Made by a program: the position numbers and the translations under genes | The notes under the pieces: model-generated | Seen by the model: only the letters and a program-made list of their open reading frames with translations | Databases searched by the model: none | Told to the model about the DNA's origin: nothing | Assembly: GCF_037042905.1 (NCBI RefSeq) | Contig: NC_087251.1 | Coordinates: forward strand, 9,858,001-9,922,000 | Length of the DNA: 64,000 nucleotides | Direction of reading: 5' to 3' | Source: Lytechinus pictus | Lineage: Eukaryota | In this document: positions 59,701 through 64,000 of the stretch, piece by piece | Position numbering within the stretch: the stretch's first letter is position 1 | Layout: every line of letters begins with the position of its first letter

Positions 59701-60915
59701 GAATTGACTTGAGATGACTATGGTACCCAGACAAGGAAGTTGAGTTTCGCCGTACGCTGTCAACTGCGCATGAGTGGGAGAGAGCATTTCTTTCCATCGG
59801 CTTCCATAAAGCTCCTTCAATGTCCTCAGTGGGAGTATGTTCCCGCCGGATCCTGTGTCAATCTTTGCTCGAAGACGTGCTTGTCCTCTGCGACGTGGAC
59901 ATTCAACCTTTAGGCTAGCAAATGCTTCTGTCTGCTTGGAGTCTATCGAGTTGATCAGAATCTCTATCGTGTGCAACTCTTTTTCCTCAGTGTTTTCTTG
60001 TGCGATCTCTAAGTCCAGTTCATCAACTCGCTGTCTGCTTGTCTTGTTTGGCAGAGTGTGCCTTGAGTGCTGAAACTTGGACTTTCCTTGCCAGTCTTGA
60101 AAGTGACCCTTCGGCTTTGACTGTGGATATCTGGACTGCCTTTCTTGACGACCCCGGAAATTATCCTGTCTATCTGGTGGTGGTCGTCCCTGTTCAGGCT
60201 TCCTCTGTTGAGGCTTTGTACTCCTCGCCTTTGTCTTTGAACACATCTTTGACCAGTGTCCTAGTTTCCCACAAGCATGACATGTATCTCTGTAGGCTGG
60301 ACATTGTCTTGGGGGGTGGCTGAGTCCACAATTTCTGCAATGCCCATAATCCTTCCGGATGGCATCAACCTGGGTGCTCTGTAACGTCTGTAAGCACTGC
60401 TTGCCTGCCAAGATTGCTTCGTACTTGCGTCCTGTATCGACTAGATCCTCGACCTTGAAGCCTTTTGGTCTGTCTAACAAGTCCTTTTGAAATGCTTCAA
60501 TAGGTGTGGAGGCTATGACAAGCTCTACGAGGCGTTCGCATAACTCTTCCGAGCCGAATTCACATTCCCTGGCCTTGGTGCGACACCTGTTCACAAAATC
60601 ATCTATGCTTTCATCTGACCTCTGCTTGTATCTCATAAGTTCCAAGCGATGTATTCTGAAGTTCACCTTGACCTTCAGCTGATCCTCAAATAAGCTCCAC
60701 AACTTATCAGGCTTATCTTGCTCCTCTGGAGATAGACCTGAGGCATTTATCTTTCTGAGGCCTTCGTTACCTAGAGCTATCTTAATTTTAGTTGCTTGTT
60801 TCCTAGGATCTTCTATGTTATTATCTAACAAACACAGCTCGGTTCTCTGTTTAAACAGTTTAAACTCTTCAGCTACATTGCTGACACTCCAGTTCATTTC
60901 TGGAAATCTGGCCAT
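56788..60915 (-). CDS. Gag-Pol polyprotein, 1375 aa (Zn knuckles, PR, RT, RNase H, IN)
   Basis: CHACGKLGHWSKMC knuckle; IDTGSG protease; LDAKAGYW, RLPFGL and IADD (RT); VDASGKGLGA, YSNIERE and TDHKPL (RNase H); HTSH..CQAC, ADLF, SDNGPQF and NGLAER (integrase). Domain order is Gypsy. Confidence 0.97.
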   Translation of the reverse strand: MARFPEMNWSVSNVAEEFKLFKQRTELCLLDNNIEDPRKQATKIKIALGNEGLRKINASGLSPEEQDKPDKLWSLFEDQLKVKVNFRIHRLELMRYKQRSDESIDDFVNRCRTKARECEFGSEELCERLVELVIASTPIEAFQKDLLDRPKGFKVEDLVDTGRKYEAILAGKQCLQTLQSTQVDAIRKDYGHCRNCGLSHPPRQCPAYRDTCHACGKLGHWSKMCSKTKARSTKPQQRKPEQGRPPPDRQDNFRGRQERQSRYPQSKPKGHFQDWQGKSKFQHSRHTLPNKTSRQRVDELDLEIAQENTEEKELHTIEILINSIDSKQTEAFASLKVECPRRRGQARLRAKIDTGSGGNILPLRTLKELYGSRWKEMLSPTHAQLTAYGETQLPCLGTIVISSQFKDSRWEKQTWYVVDANGPIIVGLPTCTKLGIVTINEIRESVKEKTERPRIQSVRDLQEAFPEQFDKIGNFKGTATLHLKDDATPSIDPPRKCSVHMQEKLKQELDQMESNGIIRRVDHHTDWCSSLTTALKKDGSLRICLDPRKLNQSLKRCPHKVPTLEELNPAFSEAKYFSKLDAKAGYWSVHLDEASQELTTFRSPFGRHCFCRLPFGLSVSQDIFQQRMDSIIAQVPGCVGIADDVAVFGKTEQEHDANLWKLLEVAQKEGLVFNSAKCVIKTQSINFFGSLYTNQGILPDPSKLEDVKDMPSPRSKDELQRVLGMMTYLSPYIPNYSEKAAILRELLKKDVPFLWQDDHEEVFQSLKAEVSKGACLQYYKPNAPTVLEVDASGKGLGACLLQDGKPVAFASKSLSEAQSNYSNIERETLALVFGITRFHTYLFGSSFTVHTDHKPLEIICRKPLRSAPPRLQRLLVKIQGYDCNVVYRPGSQLVLPDTLSRLPNPKKTEDVQINLHVDEMLTIPDSEDDLSVFSEDKRTQLGRETAVDPVMIMLAQIIRDGWPDEFGQVPNCLRTFWSYRDELGTVNGIVFKGRQVVVPKALQEDILRQLHTSHMGIEKTRRLARDCVYWPGINKDIENIVKTCQACQENQDQQQKEPLEPHEVPPTPWTKLAADLFHLDGTDFLLITDYHSKFPVIRRMHSTTSTAVTTVMKEAFSMFGVPAEVVSDNGPQFSGKPFQEMCAKWNIKHTTSSPRYPRSNGLAERMVRTVKSMIKKCRQTGQDLLEALLHLRATPQADLPSPAELMYGRKVKTTLPGRSYGYPHNDMHDQIQQRREKMKHDHDKHAGKELPKLTVGQRVRMLDTDDNTWIPAKVSRVCEAPRSYEVTTPNGRTLRRNRSHLREMFTSQPKSDTSSASLDPRRLDLEDEEAKETDNQTPHMHTSDRTPNSQSDRHTYTTRYGRQIHRPVRYRNHTH

Positions 60916-62571
60916 GACTGCTTTGTATTAAGGCCAACAAAATATGAACTATGAAGATGTATTGTGTAGTTTGACTGTTAACACTGGCAAAATGCAATGT
61001 AATGTGATCTGTATTAGAATGCTTTACATCAATATAAATTCACAATTAAAACGATCATGTACATGTAGTTGCAAAAATATCACAATAACACATATTCATA
61101 TATGACTTGACTTGGACCCAACTCTCTGGTCCTGGAACCGAAATATACTCAGGGAACAAATACAAAATGAATCAAAATCAACAACTAGTTTGCATGAATA
61201 TTGACCTGGATATATGGATTCACACTTTAGACCTCATCTGGTCCTGGACTACACATCGACTAGGATTTGGCTTTAGATTCGCCTTCCTATAAACACTACC
61301 GTAGATCTAGGCCAACTGCCTCTTGGACCTGCAGATTGGTCCTATTACTTAGCCCTATTCTGGCTTGGACTAGTCTAGATTTAATCTAGGCTAGGTCTAG
61401 TTTCTTCCTATAGCTGACAACACTTGGCCTAGTTCTTGCCAAGAAACATGCTTCAAAACATTGAAACATTAAATCGGTCCTGATTTATAGACCCATTAGT
61501 CTACACATTTAGATCTAGGCTTAGATTTAACTTTGACTGGTTCTGCAGTCTCACTCTTAAAATTCTAACCTAGTGGTCACGCTTAGATAAAGCGCTGAAC
61601 AGCTATAACATACTTAACGTTCTAGTCTAGAACTGGTCCTGGTCCTGTTCAATTTTGGACCTTATCATCCTTTTATCAAGGGTTCTAACTAATACTAAGT
61701 CTAAGTTCTAGTAACGTTAGACTAGATTCTTATCTAGGTCATTTAGATATCTAGAAATCTAGATCAGACTGATTGACATTAATTGAATAAACATATCACA
61801 AATTGGATATTGACACACATCAATCACAACAAAAATGTCAACAGCTAGTTAAGAATTGGTATCGATTGAACAATGCAAAGTCAACGATATTGATACATAA
61901 AATGACATGAAAATGTGATTATGAGTCCACAGTAGAACTGAGTTCAGGATTTAAAATTCAAATGATTTTCCATCTGATCTGTTCGTCAATGTCATTTGAT
62001 TGATCTCAGTTCTCATCTCTTTCTCTCTCTGACGATAGGTTCTGCATTCATTTCAACATCAAGTTCGAGTTCAGTGTATAAATCATTCATCACGATCACG
62101 TTGACGACCTTGCACTATCGCGATGACGATGATCGATCGTTGATCGGCGCTGTCACCCGTTCTGATCCTTCCGGCCAGCAACGCAACAGTTCTGTTTTGT
62201 CCCAGCTAAGTAACAGTTCTGAACTCCTGGTCCCGGTCCTGGTCCAGTCGACACTCGACAACATTATCAATGACAGTGGTGATCTAATGTGTGCCCGTAA
62301 GCGTCCATAAAACTCACACATATTCACCCATTCAGTAGCAAAATAAAAACGACCCAGCAATTAATGTGTGCAGCTCGAGCGTCCATATAACTCACACATA
62401 TTGCCGTACCGGTACTCCTATCGTCTGCATCGCAGGTTCCGAGCGTTGATCGTTCAACCAAAATTAGCGTCGAGAGCAAACGACCGTGGCAATGTATGCT
62501 CCTTAGCGTCCATAAAACTTACACATTGCTCACTTTCCCGTTCCAAGGATAGATCAAAATATCAACAGCAT

Positions 62572-62585
62572 CACCGCTGCCACCA
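62572..62585 (-). promoter_or_regulatory. Primer binding site, tRNA-Leu type
   Basis: TGGTGGCAGCGGTG directly after the 5' LTR, complementary to ...CACCGCTGCCACCA, the 3' end of metazoan tRNA-Leu(AAG/TAG) as recalled. Confidence 0.8.
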
Positions 62586-62776
62586 TGAAGTAATATGTCC
62601 TCATATTGTAGGGATGATCCAGACTCATTAAGAGCTCGAAGACATAATAATTAGTCAGAGTACAATCAGTCTTAGGAAGTAGCCATGATGTTTATTGCTC
62701 TTCTGTACTGTTATTTGTTCGCGCCGCATCACATCTTGCGCGTAGTCACAATATAGATCTTGGACATATCACAACA
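62586..62776 (-). repeat. 5' LTR (191 bp)
   Basis: Matches the 3' LTR except for two small indels. Confidence 0.95.
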
Positions 62777-62811
62777 CGGAATTCATGTCTTTTTCATGGA
62801 ATGGAAGGGGG

Positions 62812-62972
62812 CAGTGGTGGACCGTGACCCGGAGGAGACAAAGCATTGGGGGGGGGGGGCACTGTATTGTTTGTGAACAATGCTGTGCCCCTCCAATGCT
62901 TTGTCTCCTCCGGGTCACGGTCACTGAACTAGAAATACGTATCTCTAGTTCAGTGGTCACGGTCCGCCACTG
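62812..62972. mobile_element. Palindromic hAT-like MITE with a nested 34-bp palindrome
   Basis: CAGTGGTGGACCGTGACCCGGAGGAGACAAAGCATTGG ... CCAATGCTTTGTCTCCTCCGGGTCACGGT [34 bp] GTCACGGTCCGCCACTG. Confidence 0.8.
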
Positions 62973-62987
62973 GCAATGTACACCCCA

Positions 62988-63627
62988 CACGGTGCGCTGC
63001 GATGACTGCGCGGTATAAAAATGACCGTTTTGAACAGGTTTTGGGGGTGTTGTGCCAAGTAAAATAGGCTCTTACATGAAAACGGGCAAAAACGGGCAGC
63101 TAAATTTGGTATCGACTTAAAGCTTAGACATCTGGCAAAATGATGATGATAGAATTTAAACGGAAATATAAACGTTTCTAATGTAAATGCTAAAAACATG
63201 GATTATCAGCCTATTTCGAGGAATAATTGTTCTATAAACCTCCTGAAATGTGTCTTTTATCTAATTTGAACCATTTCACACGAAAAAAAGAATACATCAG
63301 GATTATGTGAGTGCCATTTCAGATTCCTACATGAAAAACCTCCCATGAAATTGCTTGTTTTACAACTAAGTTGTCATACACGCGGCATTTCGCAAAATGT
63401 CACATTTTACGATTTGAGGTAGGAAATTAACAACCTTTATGCAAATTCCCGAATGAAATATTTTGCTGAAGTATTACGAACCTTTTGGAATTACGAAGTG
63501 TAACCACAAAAGTGCGCCAAAAGTCATTTTGGGCAATTTCAGATTTTTAATTTTTGTCATGCCCAGCTGAAAGACAACACTTTGAAGAATACTATGCGCA
63601 CTTTGGTTTTGCCCCCGGCCCACTGTG
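62988..63627. mobile_element. Possible non-autonomous Transib/Chapaev-like element
   Basis: Ends CACGGTG (62988) and CACTGTG (63621-63627), the latter followed by CGTCG. No matching TSD on the left. Confidence 0.4.
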
Positions 63628-63861
63628 CGTCGGTCCTCTTGTTGGTTGCTTGCTTACAAGCATTCATGATTTCTTAGCAATGCAGGTAAAAAAATCACCA
63701 CCACCACCATTACCGTTATCTTTTGTCATGGTTGATATGATCATTGTGAAATACACATTTCTTTCACAGAAATAATTTAAAACTGAATTTGATTCACTTG
63801 TATCATGCAGCGACCGATCAATGCAGGGTTTCACGAGCCCCACAAATCTCTTCTTGAGTCC

Positions 63862-64000
63862 ATTTATTTTATTTTATTTTATTTAATTAAAATTATTTTA
63901 TTCTATCTTATTTCATTTTATCTTATTTTATTTTATTTTATTTTAATTTATTTTATTTTATTTTATTTTATTTTACTTTACTTTACTTTACTTTACTTTA
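63862..64000. repeat. (TTTTA)n/(CTTTA)n pentamer microsatellite
   Basis: Seen directly. Confidence 0.95.

Larger units (their letters stand above)
55743..62776 (-). mobile_element. Full-length Ty3/Gypsy (probably Mag-like) LTR retrotransposon
   Basis: LTRs 55743-55931 and 62586-62776 (TG...CA). TSD CGGAA at 55738-55742 and 62777-62781. PBS next to the right LTR, PPT next to the left LTR, intact gag-pol ORF. Confidence 0.97.

Noticed and set aside
56891-60323. Plus-strand and alternate-frame ORFs over gag-pol
   Set aside because: Shadow ORFs with no recognisable motifs.
61996-62631. Short ORFs in the retroelement leader
   Set aside because: Mostly antisense to the element, non-ATG starts, no domain signal.

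Overview
AT-rich, intron-containing animal DNA. The gene structures and repeat families resemble a marine invertebrate, probably a sea urchin (inference). There are two N-gaps. Four host genes were reconstructed by hand from GT-AG sites and frame continuity: (1) the 3' half of EPRS (WHEP linker plus ProRS domain, + strand, to 7204); (2) a complete 7-exon OST-alpha/SLC51A-like gene (- strand, 341 aa); (3) a 16-exon ankyrin-repeat plus coiled-coil gene (+ strand, about 1163 aa); (4) a 7-exon PCMT1/PIMT (- strand). The right end holds an intact young Ty3/Gypsy LTR retrotransposon with a 5-bp TSD, tRNA-Leu PBS, PPT and a single gag-pol ORF. Introns carry many MITEs, two Helentron-like elements with ~157-bp satellites, a SINE, LINE tails and a P/THAP9 transposase relic. 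Best leads: a PIMT with an in-frame signal-peptide extension and a GC splice donor that could swap its C-terminus for an xxEL tail (possible secretory-pathway repair isoform); an EPRS WHEP exon ending in a stop; tandem copies of the EPRS terminal coding segment; nuclear-receptor DR1/IR1 arrays in the OST-alpha intron; a 34-bp palindromic insertion with an 8-bp TSD; RSS/Transib-like ends; and an excess of TACATGTA/TAGGCCTA palindromes. No CRISPR, rRNA or true tRNA gene was found. All counts and alignments were done by eye.
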